From assembly GCA_041562215.1 (NCBI GenBank), contig JBFEYJ010000001.1:747-64746 (forward strand): a DNA stretch of 64,000 bases. The letters are read 5' to 3'. Positions 1 to 9,075 of the stretch are shown here, in pieces. Position 1 is the stretch's first letter, and each line of letters opens with the position of its first letter. The translations under genes were made by a program, and so were the position numbers. The notes under the pieces are model-generated. The model was not told the origin of the DNA. It saw only the letters and a list, made by a program, of their open reading frames with translations, and searched no databases. This DNA comes from Thiohalomonadaceae bacterium. Lineage in GTDB: Bacteria > Pseudomonadota > Gammaproteobacteria > Thiohalomonadales > Thiohalomonadaceae.

Positions 1-1346
1 TTGTTGTTCTTGATCGTAATAGTCTCAAGATGCTCGTTACCGTCCACGGCTGCAACTTCCGTGTTCAACATCACCTTAATATTTTCAGTGCCGTCGATCT
101 GCTCGATGAGGTATTGGGACATAGTGTTCTGCAGTGTATCTCGACGGAATAATATACAGACCTCACTGGCGAAACGTGACAGATACATCGCCCCCTGCCC
201 TGCCGAATTAGCACCGCCAACGACGTAGACTCGTTTCCCCCTATAGTTTGTCGCTTCGGAAGCCGCCGCACCGTAGTACACCGAGCCACCGATAAAGGGC
301 TTGATTCCGGGTACATCGAGCTGACGGACCTCGACGCCGGTTGAGATCAGGAGCGCATGACAGCTCAACTCGCTGCCATCGCTTAGCGTCACATAGCGGT
401 AGGGATCTTCTCTACGCACCCCCGTCACTTGCCGGGCGGTCACCATCTCGGCGCCAAGACGCTGTGCCTGGCTCATTGCGCGTCGCGCCAGGTCAGCACC
501 GCTGATCCCCTGCGGGAAACCCAGATAGTTTTCGATGCGCGAGCTTGTTCCGGCCTGCCCTCCGGCAGCTTCCCGCTCGATCACGATGGTTCGCAGTCCC
601 TCGGAGGCGCCATACACGGCACCGGCCAGTCCGGCGGGGCCGGCGCCGATGATGATCAGATCATAAAACGGCTGCTTGGCCTGGGTCGACATACCCACCT
701 TGGCAGCCAGGGTGCTGATGTCCGGGGACACCAGGGTGCTGCCGTCAGGAAAGAACACTACCGGCAACTGGGGGCGCTCATTACCGGTCGATTCAACCAG
801 CTCTCTCGCCGCCTGGTCGCGCTCGATATCCAACCACTGATACGGGATCTGGCAACGAGCGAGGAACTCTTTCACATAGTGCGAACTCGCCGACCACAAG
901 GTACCGGCCACACGTATGCCGTCGTAGGGTGCCGGGACGCTGGCAAGCCAGTCACTCAACAGGTCGTCCAACACCGGATAGAGACGCTCCTCAGGCGGGT
1001 CCCAGGGCTTCATTAGGTAGTAGTCGAGATTGATTGCGTTGATGCTGGCAATCGCGGCATCCGTATCGGCGTAGGCGGTGAGCAGCACCTTTTTGGTTTC
1101 AGGATAGAGCTTGATGGCCTCTCCCAGAAACTCAACACCATTAATGCCGGGCATTCGCTGGTCCACCAGGAATAGCGCGATCGGATCGTTCCTGCGCTTG
1201 AACTCCTGCACTGTCTCCAGTGCATCCTCACCGGAACCCGCCTTAACGATCCGGTAGTCCTTCTGATAATTCGCCTGCAGGTCCCGTGCGATTGCGTTAA
1301 GCACATGCGGCTCGTCATCGATAGTCATAATGATTGGCTTAGCCAT
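1..1346 (-). CDS. fused response regulator / thioredoxin-disulfide reductase (C-terminal end runs off the left edge)
   Basis: Absent from the ORF track because it has no stop in the window. My translation from ATG 1346-1344 (AAGGAGA SD upstream) gives MAKPIIMTIDDDEPHVLNAIARDL...LFLVDQRMPGINGVEFL (CheY-like receiver). It continues with ...PFYDLIIIGAGPAGLAGAVYGASEGLRTIVIE (FAD GxGxxG) and ...RVYVVGGANSAGQGAMYL (NAD(P)H fold), and the frame stays open to base 3. Confidence 0.85.
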   Translation of the reverse strand, partial: MAKPIIMTIDDEPHVLNAIARDLQANYQKDYRIVKAGSGEDALETVQEFKRRNDPIALFLVDQRMPGINGVEFLGEAIKLYPETKKVLLTAYADTDAAIASINAINLDYYLMKPWDPPEERLYPVLDDLLSDWLASVPAPYDGIRVAGTLWSASSHYVKEFLARCQIPYQWLDIERDQAARELVESTGNERPQLPVVFFPDGSTLVSPDISTLAAKVGMSTQAKQPFYDLIIIGAGPAGLAGAVYGASEGLRTIVIEREAAGGQAGTSSRIENYLGFPQGISGADLARRAMSQAQRLGAEMVTARQVTGVRREDPYRYVTLSDGSELSCHALLISTGVEVRQLDVPGIKPFIGGSVYYGAAASEATNYRGKRVYVVGGANSAGQGAMYLSRFASEVCILFRRDTLQNTMSQYLIEQIDGTENIKVMLNTEVAAVDGNEHLETITIKNN

Positions 1347-1371
1347 TTTCCAATCTCCTTCGCATCATTGA

Positions 1372-3597
1372 TCATTCGGCAGGATTGAAATTCATCGGCA
1401 AGCGAACCGTAAAACTGGTGCTGCCCGGCTCTGACTTTACCGACATTTGCCCCAGGTGTTTCTGAACAATCAGGTTGCGACTGATATTAAGTCCCAGTCC
1501 TGTACCTTTGCCGGGACCCTTGGTGGTGAAAAAAGGATCGAATATCTTCGACAGGTTTTCCGCAGGTATTCCCGGACCATCGTCCTCGATTTCGACCACA
1601 ACCCAGCGATCCTCAGGGTGTGCCCGCACAACCAGCGTGCCTTCGCCATTCATCGCATCGATCGCGTTGTCGATGATGTTCGTCCAGACCTGGTTCAATT
1701 CTCCTGCGTAGGCCTGAATAACCGGTAAGTCATCGGCGTACTCACGGACCACGGTGACGCCCCGCTTCAATTTGTTGTGAAGGATGATCAGCGTGTTATC
1801 CAACCCCTCTCGCACATCGACAGATTGCACCGGCGCCTGATCCATGTAGGTGTAGGTCTTGAGCGCCTTGACCAGCTCAACAATACGCCCGGTGCCGATA
1901 CTGATCTCACGAACCAGACTGTGGATCGCGAACTTAAGGCTCAACCACTCGATGACCACAGGGAACTGTGGTTCAGTGAAGAATTTCGCCAGCTCATCCA
2001 GCTCCTTCTGGGCGTAGCCGAAGCTGACAAGCTCCGCCACCAGATCGCCGCTGGTATCAATGTTTCTCGATTGCAGCCACTGTTCCAGGGCGGCTTCACG
2101 ATCGCTGCGGGTGAGGGCATTTAACGCGGGAGGTTCCCGCGAGCGCCGCCTGGCGATCTCATCGAGCTCCAACAACTGCCCGGCCTGCTTCTCATCAAAG
2201 GAGACCTCACGCATTCTGACCTGAACGCTTTGCCACTTCGCGAACGTCTCCTGCAGCTGCGCGGCACTGCGTTGTGCCGCCGCGGCAGGGTTATTCAGTT
2301 CGTGCGCCATACCGGCGCTGAGCTTTCCCAATGAGGCCATCTTTTCCTGCATGATAAGCTGGCTATGCATCTGATTAAGCTTGTCCAGGGTCTCTTCCAG
2401 CTCATCGTTCTTTCGCTTCATCTCCTCCGTTTTTTCACGCAATGCCTGCTCGCTCTGCCGGAGCGCTTCTTCCGCCCGCTTGCGTTCACCGATGTCGCGG
2501 ATGATGCCGGTGTAATAGCGCTCGTCACGAACCGTCCAGGTCGAGAGTGAGAGCTCGATCGGCAACTCCTCGCCGTTTTTGGTCCGAGCCGCCAACTCGA
2601 CCGTTTTGCCGATCGCGTGAGCCTCACCGGTGTTCGTAAACCGCGCCATGCCGTTACGATGCGCCTCGTGATAACGCTCGGGAATAATGATCTCCAGACG
2701 TTGTCCAATCACCTCCTCTTCCGTGAAGCCAAGGATTCGGGTAGCCGCATTGTTCCAGCTGACAATCTCGCCGGTATGGTCAGCCGAAATGATGGCATCT
2801 ATAGCAGACTCAGTAACCGAGCGGAACTTCTGCTCCGCCTGTTTGCGCTCACTGATGTCACGGATAATGCCGGTGTAGTAACGAGCGTCATCAAGCAACC
2901 AGGTGGCCAACGACAGCTCGACAGGGAAATCGGTACCGTTCTTGCGCAACGCCGCAACCTCAACGGTCTTGCCGATGACGTTGCTCGGCCCACCCGAGCT
3001 GACCCGGTGGATACCATCCCTATGACGCTGGCGAAAACGCTCGGGAATAATGATTTCAATTGGCCGACCAAGCACCTCATCCTCGGTGTAACCGAACAAC
3101 GCTGTCGCTGCACTGTTCCAGGATCGGATGTTACCTTCAGCATCGCCGGAGATGATGGCGTCGATTGCCGATTCCATGACTGAACGGAACTTCGCTTCCG
3201 ATTCGCGTAGCGCCATGCGCACCTTGGAGACCGTCACCTGACGCTCTATCCTGGCCAGGACCTCACGCTCATCGAACGGCATAAGGATTAGGTCGTCGCC
3301 CGACAGGAGTCCCTTGACCCGGGTCTCGGCATCATCGGGCGTGGTCATGAAGATGACAGGAAGGTCCCGGGTCTGCCTGTTGGCTTTCAGCGTGTCGAGG
3401 AGCTTGAATGGATTGGTGCCCGAAAGATGGGCATTAAGCAGTACAAGGTTGGGATCGCATGCTGTAATGGATTCGGTCGCCGCTGTGTCGCCGGCCATAC
3501 TTTTAACCGTGTAACCATCGCCCCTCAGCAGCCTTTGCAGCGCATTGGCATTCGCTACGTCATCGTCAATAATGAAAACAAAGCCACGGTCGGACAA
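1372..3597 (-). CDS. PAS-PAS sensor histidine kinase with N-terminal receiver-like (pseudo-receiver) domain
   Basis: 741-aa ORF starting at a TTG. It has a receiver-like N-terminus (FVFIIDDD...) and two mutually similar PAS modules ([16 protein letters not shown]... / [16 protein letters not shown]...). A coiled coil follows, then the H-box MAHELNNP and ATPase boxes [21 protein letters not shown]. The stop lies 25 nt before the start of feature 1, consistent with one operon. Confidence 0.9.
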   Translation of the reverse strand: MSDRGFVFIIDDDVANANALQRLLRGDGYTVKSMAGDTAATESITACDPNLVLLNAHLSGTNPFKLLDTLKANRQTRDLPVIFMTTPDDAETRVKGLLSGDDLILMPFDEREVLARIERQVTVSKVRMALRESEAKFRSVMESAIDAIISGDAEGNIRSWNSAATALFGYTEDEVLGRPIEIIIPERFRQRHRDGIHRVSSGGPSNVIGKTVEVAALRKNGTDFPVELSLATWLLDDARYYTGIIRDISERKQAEQKFRSVTESAIDAIISADHTGEIVSWNNAATRILGFTEEEVIGQRLEIIIPERYHEAHRNGMARFTNTGEAHAIGKTVELAARTKNGEELPIELSLSTWTVRDERYYTGIIRDIGERKRAEEALRQSEQALREKTEEMKRKNDELEETLDKLNQMHSQLIMQEKMASLGKLSAGMAHELNNPAAAAQRSAAQLQETFAKWQSVQVRMREVSFDEKQAGQLLELDEIARRRSREPPALNALTRSDREAALEQWLQSRNIDTSGDLVAELVSFGYAQKELDELAKFFTEPQFPVVIEWLSLKFAIHSLVREISIGTGRIVELVKALKTYTYMDQAPVQSVDVREGLDNTLIILHNKLKRGVTVVREYADDLPVIQAYAGELNQVWTNIIDNAIDAMNGEGTLVVRAHPEDRWVVVEIEDDGPGIPAENLSKIFDPFFTTKGPGKGTGLGLNISRNLIVQKHLGQMSVKSEPGSTSFTVRLPMNFNPAE

Positions 3598-3644
3598 AGC
3601 TGCATCCCCAATTTCACTTATCTAGAATAGTTGAAATTTTCATT

Positions 3645-3670
3645 GAGTCCACAGTCTCTCATGTGGACTC
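3645..3670. promoter_or_regulatory. perfect 9-bp stem / 8-nt loop hairpin upstream of the kinase gene
   Basis: gagtccaca-gtctctca-tgtggactc read directly. It sits 48 nt upstream of the kinase start. No U-tract on either strand, so its function is unknown. Confidence 0.3.
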
Positions 3671-4152
3671 CCGCGAGATCTGAGCTTTCCGTGGCCGAGG
3701 GTCTCTAACCCTCAGCCCCCACAACACCCTGAATGCAACTCCGCACAGGGCGTTTCACTTAGCTCGACCTATCACGCTGTGATATTTCATCTTCCCCCCC
3801 CAGTTCCGATTTGTTAGCAAACTCTGCGGCCAAGGAGTGTCATCAAAAAACGTGATTAACCCGTTCAAAGACTTTGACAGATCGGCATCAACTGGATAGC
3901 GGCGAAGAATGAGACATTCATGTTCCTCGGTGATACAACCCACGGCCTCTACTATTTTTTTGAAAGGAGGTACTGAATTAATCGGCGACACCTGCAGTCC
4001 GCCGAGACACTGTTCGTAAATAAAATGATGAATTTATTTGACTCGCAGCTATTTTTCATGAATACGTTAAATAGTTCCTTCTTTTTATGGATTTTGGCAT
4101 AATTGCGGATTCGAATTGTAACAATGAAAGCCTCATAAAGGAGATAACAAGA

Positions 4153-4764
4153 ATGGCAAAGCTCAGTAAGGAAGACCTCAACGAGGATTACGAGTGGACT
4201 AACGTCAAACCCGATGATCCGAGAGTGAGCGGAGTTCCGGATGACACCCATTTCAACGCAAGTGAAGGCCACGAGGCTCTCTACCTCATCAATACTCTGA
4301 TGAGTGAGTGGGATTTGAGGAACAAAAAGTCAGGTCTCAAGATGGAACGGATGCTTCGGGATCTTCCTTCGGAGGTCCGTAGCCAGGCAGACATAAAAAT
4401 ATGGATTAAAGATAAATGGAAATCGTATAAGTTCAAGGCAGCGCGGCGTAAGGTCTTGCAACCACCTGCACACCCGGCAACGGAAACTACGCAAAAGATC
4501 AAAAAAGGAGGAAAAGACCACCATTTCTGCCCCAATTGCACACGTATCACTAAATGCAAAATCACCAAACTCACCACCAGCGATTCGACAGATACATCTC
4601 CTCAGCAGGAATTGTCGGGGATTCATTATTTCAAGCGATACCGAAAGTGTGCGAATTGCAATAGTGAATTCGAAACGGTAGAAATAGACTCAAGCATGCT
4701 CTACGAACTCATACGATTGAGATCCATTGTTGATAAAATCAAGAGCGAGCTGAATGCTTCCTGA
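4153..4764 (+). CDS. hypothetical Lys-rich protein with C-terminal zinc-ribbon (CPNC...CANC)
   Basis: AAGGAG SD about 8 nt before ATG 4153 (the ORF track starts at an upstream in-frame codon, 4087). Two CxxC pairs near the C-terminus. It lies in a visibly AT-richer patch on the opposite strand to all neighbours. No family recognised. Confidence 0.6.
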   Translation: MAKLSKEDLNEDYEWTNVKPDDPRVSGVPDDTHFNASEGHEALYLINTLMSEWDLRNKKSGLKMERMLRDLPSEVRSQADIKIWIKDKWKSYKFKAARRKVLQPPAHPATETTQKIKKGGKDHHFCPNCTRITKCKITKLTTSDSTDTSPQQELSGIHYFKRYRKCANCNSEFETVEIDSSMLYELIRLRSIVDKIKSELNAS

Positions 4765-4984
4765 GAGTAAAGGGAACGAAAATCGGGGATAAAATAAGGT
4801 GACACTGTATTTTTTCTGTCACCACCCGGCAAGTTTTAGGCCTTAAACTTGTCGGCTAAGATGACATCGACATTTGATGGGTAAGCTGTCCGATAAAGCC
4901 TGAATTCTCCACCTTGGGTAACAAGTAAGCATTGTTCTTTCCGCCCTTGCCGTCTTTTCGGTGAATTGGCTTTTTCTCTATCAA

Positions 4985-5020
4985 CAAAAAAGGGCGCCCG
5001 TATCAGGCGTCCTTTTTGTT
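4985..5020. terminator. bidirectional rho-independent terminator
   Basis: aaaaaa-GGGCGCC-cgtatca-GGCGTCC-tttttgtt: a GC stem (one G-U pair) flanked by an A-run and a T-run. It lies 20 nt downstream of the minus-strand PCu(A)C stop, so it closes the TonB/copper cluster. Confidence 0.6.
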
Positions 5021-5038
5021 ACGGCCAGTACAGGGTTA

Positions 5039-5539
5039 TCAGTGCTGCATGGCGCCGTGGTCCATCGTGCCGTGGTCCATGCCACCCTTGTTCATCCCTT
5101 CCATACCAGCACGTACTTCATGGGTCACCACCATGGTATTGCCATCCTTGAATTCCAGAGTGATATCGACCTTGTCACCGGCCTTGAGCTGCTGTTTAGG
5201 CTTCATCAACATCAGGTGATAGCCGTTCGGCTCAAAGGTGACACTGCCGCCGGCCGGAATTTCGATCTGCTTCTGGTGCACCATCTTCGCCATGCCATCA
5301 CCCATCACGGTACGATGCAGCATTACGTTGGTAAAGGCCGGGCTATTGGCGCCGATCAAAATGGCGGGTTTGTCACTCTTGTTCATCAGGGTCATGTAAC
5401 CGGCCATTGCGGCGGCTCCAGGTGGGGCCTCACGGATCCAGGTGTTATCGGCCATTACCTGGCCTTCTGCCTGTGCCATAGCGGCCCACAAACCCATGAC
5501 CAACACAACGCCCAAATGCTTAACGATTTTCATCTGCAT
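5039..5539 (-). CDS. periplasmic copper chaperone PCu(A)C (DUF461 family)
   Basis: Signal peptide (...AAMAQAEG). Met/His-containing core typical of PCu(A)C (GYMTLMNKS...MLHRTVM...MVHQ...GYHLMLM). C-terminal Met/His-rich tail MEGMNKGGMDHGTMDHGAMQH. Confidence 0.85.
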   Translation of the reverse strand: MQMKIVKHLGVVLVMGLWAAMAQAEGQVMADNTWIREAPPGAAAMAGYMTLMNKSDKPAILIGANSPAFTNVMLHRTVMGDGMAKMVHQKQIEIPAGGSVTFEPNGYHLMLMKPKQQLKAGDKVDITLEFKDGNTMVVTHEVRAGMEGMNKGGMDHGTMDHGAMQH

Positions 5540-5589
5540 ACTTCCTCATGGTGGCTAAAACATCATGTAAACAACATTAAACTGCAATC

Positions 5590-6294
5590 TCAATTGAGAC
5601 TAAAGCGCATCGTAAAGGCTACCGGCCAAGGCAGGCCCAGTGCCGATGGTGGTTCCGGCAGTGGCAGCGCCTCCTCCACCGCCCGCTTTGCCGCTCCGCT
5701 CAACACCGCTTGTGCGCCTTCCACGCTCAGGCCGGTAACCCTACCACCGGCCTGCAGGGTGAAGGTGACGATCACGTCACCCTCGATGTAACGGCGCCGC
5801 GCCGCCCGTGGGTAGTGCTTATGTTTCTCGATATGTGCCATCAGGCGACGCAGGTATTCCTGCTTCGCTTTCTCAATCAGCGCTGGATCCGCCACGGTGC
5901 CACTGACCGCCTCGCTGACCACGGGCACCTTATCCGCCGCCGCTGTGGTGGGTGCTGACGGTGCCGGCGGCTTCGGTAGAGGTAGTGGTTGAGGCGTAAC
6001 CTCCCTGGCTCGTTCAGCGCGTATGGCCTCCCTGGGAGGCGTCGGCCGAGGCTGCGGTTCTGTCGCCTCGGTCACCTCCGGTTCAGGCTTCTCCGGTGGT
6101 GTCTCCTCCGGAACCGCCTGAGGAGTGGTCAGGGGTGACGTTGCCGATCGAAAGCTCACCCGAGTCGTATGACGCTCCTGACGTTGCTGCTCCTGATTAC
6201 CGGCCAGTGAGCCGGTATTGAAGAACAACAGACCGTGTATCAGCAGAGACAGCGCTACAGCACCTGCCCAGAGCAGCGCGTCTTGTCGCATCAT
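5590..6294 (-). CDS. tonB: energy transducer TonB
   Basis: N-terminal TM anchor, Pro/Glu-rich spacer (PEETPPEKPEPEVTEATEPQPRPTPP...PLPLPKPPAPSAP) and a C-terminal TonB domain (YPRAARRRYIEGDVIVTFTL...). 4-nt overlap with exbD. Confidence 0.8.
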   Translation of the reverse strand: MMRQDALLWAGAVALSLLIHGLLFFNTGSLAGNQEQQRQERHTTRVSFRSATSPLTTPQAVPEETPPEKPEPEVTEATEPQPRPTPPREAIRAERAREVTPQPLPLPKPPAPSAPTTAAADKVPVVSEAVSGTVADPALIEKAKQEYLRRLMAHIEKHKHYPRAARRRYIEGDVIVTFTLQAGGRVTGLSVEGAQAVLSGAAKRAVEEALPLPEPPSALGLPWPVAFTMRFSLN

Positions 6295-6692
6295 CGTTGC
6301 TCGGTCACGATGTCCACCCCGCTCGCCCCTGCCTTGCGAGCGGCATCCAGCACCGTTACCGCCAGACCCAGAGGGGCGCCTCGATCGCCTCTCACCCGCA
6401 CCAGACGATCAGTGCGCCCGCTAAGCTGCTCGGCAAGCACGGCCTCAAGGTTCTCCGGCTCGACGAAGTGATCATCGATAAGGAAATGGCCTTCGGTATT
6501 GAGCACCACCTCCAGTTGATTGTCCTCGGTCATCACCTCACCGCTGTCTGCTACCGGCAAATCGATATTGAGCGCTTGCTCTTGCACAAAGTGTGAGGTC
6601 AGCATGAAGAACACCAACAGCAGGAAGACTATATCGATAAGCGGGGTCAGGTTCGGAACCTTGCTGCTGCGGCGACGCCCCTCAAACTGCAT
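6291..6692 (-). CDS. exbD: biopolymer transport protein ExbD/TolR
   Basis: ExbD signature NLTPLIDIVFLLLVFFM. The likely start is the ATG at 6692 (MQFEGRRR...) rather than the ORF-track start 6761, which lies inside exbB. Confidence 0.85.
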   Translation of the reverse strand: MQFEGRRRSSKVPNLTPLIDIVFLLLVFFMLTSHFVQEQALNIDLPVADSGEVMTEDNQLEVVLNTEGHFLIDDHFVEPENLEAVLAEQLSGRTDRLVRVRGDRGAPLGLAVTVLDAARKAGASGVDIVTEQR

Positions 6693-7341
6693 GCACACTG
6701 CCCTCGCGGTGGTGGACCGTCTCGCCCTCCTCACTATCCTTATTGTGCGGTAATTGCTCAAGTATCAGCGATGCGCAGGATCTCATGTTCTGGGCGCGGC
6801 GATCGGCCATCCCTTCGAGCATGTGCAGTAGCAACAGCACAGGGAGCGCGACCACCAGGCCAACGCCGGTGGTCAACATGGCCTCCCAGATCCCACCGGC
6901 CAGCGCCTGGGCATCGACCCTGCCTCCGGCCTGCTCGATCACCATGAAGGCCTTGATCATGCCAAGAATCGTGCCGAGTAGTCCCAGTAACGGTGCGGTA
7001 TTGCCGAGAAAGCCCAGAGTGCGAAAACCCCGCTCCATACGCTGCAACTCCGCTGAGCCGATCCGTGTTGCCACCCGTCCCAGATCGCGGATCCCTGAAG
7101 CGGCGGCGTCGAGCATGCCACGCATGATCGTTGCCTCCGGACCGTGCAGACGTTCCAGCAATGACTCGACCTCACCTTTGGGCAAAGCACCGGCGATCCT
7201 CTGCTCAAAATCTGTCGGCAACCTGCCCATCAGCAAAAACTGCATCAGCCGTTCAACAACAATCGCCAAGGCGAGAATCGAATAGCCCAGCAGCACCCAG
7301 ACGACGATGCCGCCTTTATCAAAAATATCTGTCAGCATCAT
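6682..7341 (-). CDS. exbB: MotA/TolQ/ExbB proton channel
   Basis: Three TM segments and the motif LGNTAPLLGLLGTILGMI. The likely start is MMLTDIFDKGG at 7341 (ATGA overlap with the upstream gene stop); the ORF-track start 7422 is an extension. Confidence 0.85.
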   Translation of the reverse strand: MMLTDIFDKGGIVVWVLLGYSILALAIVVERLMQFLLMGRLPTDFEQRIAGALPKGEVESLLERLHGPEATIMRGMLDAAASGIRDLGRVATRIGSAELQRMERGFRTLGFLGNTAPLLGLLGTILGMIKAFMVIEQAGGRVDAQALAGGIWEAMLTTGVGLVVALPVLLLLHMLEGMADRRAQNMRSCASLILEQLPHNKDSEEGETVHHREGSVHAV

Positions 7342-8024
7342 GGTTGAACCCACCCCAACGCGGTTACCGAACCCAATAGTATCAACATTCCCCCAGCCCC
7401 GGCCTCCAGCCTGCCGCGCCATTGCGCCAATCCTTCGCGCACCTGCGCCCCAAAATGGGCAACCAGAAAGCTGAAAACAATAGCAGGAACTACCACCGCT
7501 CCCAGACCGAAGGCCATGCCCAGTTCAGCGCCAATCAGCGGATCAGCTGACGCGGCGGCAACTGTCAGTACAGTGCCCAGCGGAACGCAAGGATTGAGCG
7601 CCATTCCCAAACCCAGGCCGAAGAGTCCAAGCGGCATCAGTTTGCGCGGCGCACGAGCGCCGGGAAGCGCAACCTTCTGCTCAGAAGTCATTTTTGCCGT
7701 ACAGATTTCACCCTTCCCGGCCCGGCGAAGGAGTATAACGCCAAGGAGTACGGTCGCCATGCCCAGCAGGATACCCGCAGGCCCTTCTTTAAACCAGTTG
7801 GTGGCGGTATAGCCGGCATACCCGGCCACGGTCCCTAGGGCGATATAACCACCAAGACGGCCTGCTGAAAACGGCAGGATAACGCCAACAGTGCGTCGCC
7901 AGCCTCCATCCTGCGTAAGAAACACCGGTCCAAGATAGGGCATGCAGGTCACGGTACAGGGACCGGCTCCGAACACCAGCCCCATCAGCGCCGCTGCACC
8001 GAAGCTGAGTGATAACACCTCCAT
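7338..8024 (-). CDS. DsbD_2/CcdA-like polytopic membrane protein (thiol-disulfide or metal transfer)
   Basis: 228 aa, about six hydrophobic segments. Has a Cys pair GPCTVTCMPYLGP in the first TM segment and a second motif ALNPCVPLG. The family call is by resemblance only. Confidence 0.5.
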   Translation of the reverse strand: MEVLSLSFGAAALMGLVFGAGPCTVTCMPYLGPVFLTQDGGWRRTVGVILPFSAGRLGGYIALGTVAGYAGYTATNWFKEGPAGILLGMATVLLGVILLRRAGKGEICTAKMTSEQKVALPGARAPRKLMPLGLFGLGLGMALNPCVPLGTVLTVAAASADPLIGAELGMAFGLGAVVVPAIVFSFLVAHFGAQVREGLAQWRGRLEAGAGGMLILLGSVTALGWVQP

Positions 8025-8027
8025 CCC

Positions 8028-9074
8028 CTACTCCTCCTGCGAGGCCGAGCGCTTTCGCCACCAGCCGAGAAACGTTCGCTTTTCCCAATTTCCCTGCGCC
8101 TTTTTGCGCCTTTTGAAGTAGGCTGGATCAGCCTTGAGCAGTGGCGCCAAGGTGTACTGAAGCTTAAGCACGTCCTTGTCGGGACAGAATTCCACGCAAC
8201 GCCCACACAAAGTGCAGTCGGCCAACATCACATCCTTTTTTTGCATCTCGGTGTGGATCTCACGGATGTCCATCGGGCAGGCTTTGGCACAAAGTCCGCA
8301 TTTTTCACAGCGTGGCTTGGCATTTTTCACCAGTCGCAGCAGGCCTATCTTGCGAAACACCGCATGTAGAGCCAGCATCGGGCAGATACGGCAGAAGGGC
8401 TGGCGTATGAACAGCCCCCATACAAGGATCAGGCCGAACAGGAAATTCGCGGTCAGCGACAACAACAGATAGCCCCAACTGGAGGTATCGAGATAGACCT
8501 GGTCGGTGCTGCCGGTGGCAAGAGAGGTAAGGATACGGCTGGGGCAAATCTTGCAGAAGGGATCGCCGGCTTCATGCCCGGTGATCCCTAAGCCGGTCAA
8601 CAGGGGTAACCCAAACACCAGCACGACCAGTATCAGCCACTTCACCGGGCGGATGCGCTCCACCAGTTTCTGCGGCAACGACTCAATACGTTGCAGGCCC
8701 AACTTCTGACCGATAAGAGTAAGCACTTCCTGGAAGAAACCCAGTGGACAGATCCAGCCACAGAAGGCCTTGTTCAACACCACGAAGAGCACCAGGAACG
8801 TCCCGAGCGTAATGAGGGTCGGCATCAGCGCGGCCACCACTGTACCGCCTGCTGAAAGTACGCCGCCGACACGATGGTCCATCTGGTGTTGAAACGGGAT
8901 CAGGGTGCAGTAGTCGGCGCTCTGCATATCGTAAGCACAGCTCAGTGCCGGCAAGGAACCCGATAGCTTATCGGCAGTATAGAAACCGACGATAACCGAA
9001 CCGTAAACCAGAAAGAGGAAGGCACTGAGCTGTACCAGCTTTCGCAACAGGGAAAGATTCATTGCGTTCAACAT
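8028..9074 (-). CDS. membrane-bound 4Fe-4S ferredoxin (NapH/MauN/YccM-like)
   Basis: Multiple TM segments and CxxCP motifs (CKICP, CRICP). Two ferredoxin motifs: CEKCGLCAKACP and CTLCGRCVEFCP. The likely start is MLNAMN at 9074, directly after the upstream stop. Confidence 0.75.
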   Translation of the reverse strand: MLNAMNLSLLRKLVQLSAFLFLVYGSVIVGFYTADKLSGSLPALSCAYDMQSADYCTLIPFQHQMDHRVGGVLSAGGTVVAALMPTLITLGTFLVLFVVLNKAFCGWICPLGFFQEVLTLIGQKLGLQRIESLPQKLVERIRPVKWLILVVLVFGLPLLTGLGITGHEAGDPFCKICPSRILTSLATGSTDQVYLDTSSWGYLLLSLTANFLFGLILVWGLFIRQPFCRICPMLALHAVFRKIGLLRLVKNAKPRCEKCGLCAKACPMDIREIHTEMQKKDVMLADCTLCGRCVEFCPDKDVLKLQYTLAPLLKADPAYFKRRKKAQGNWEKRTFLGWWRKRSASQEE

Positions 9075-9075
9075 A

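Noticed and set aside
3755-4272. Two overlapping small minus-strand ORFs (78 and 106 aa) in the AT-rich islet
   Set aside because: No SD and no motifs. They overlap each other and the 5' end of the better-supported plus-strand gene. They may be remnants, but I cannot support them as genes.
4798-4823. Hairpin ggtgaca-N12-tgtcacc downstream of the zinc-ribbon ORF as a terminator
   Set aside because: The T-run lies in the loop rather than after the stem, and no U-tract follows, so it is not a canonical intrinsic terminator.
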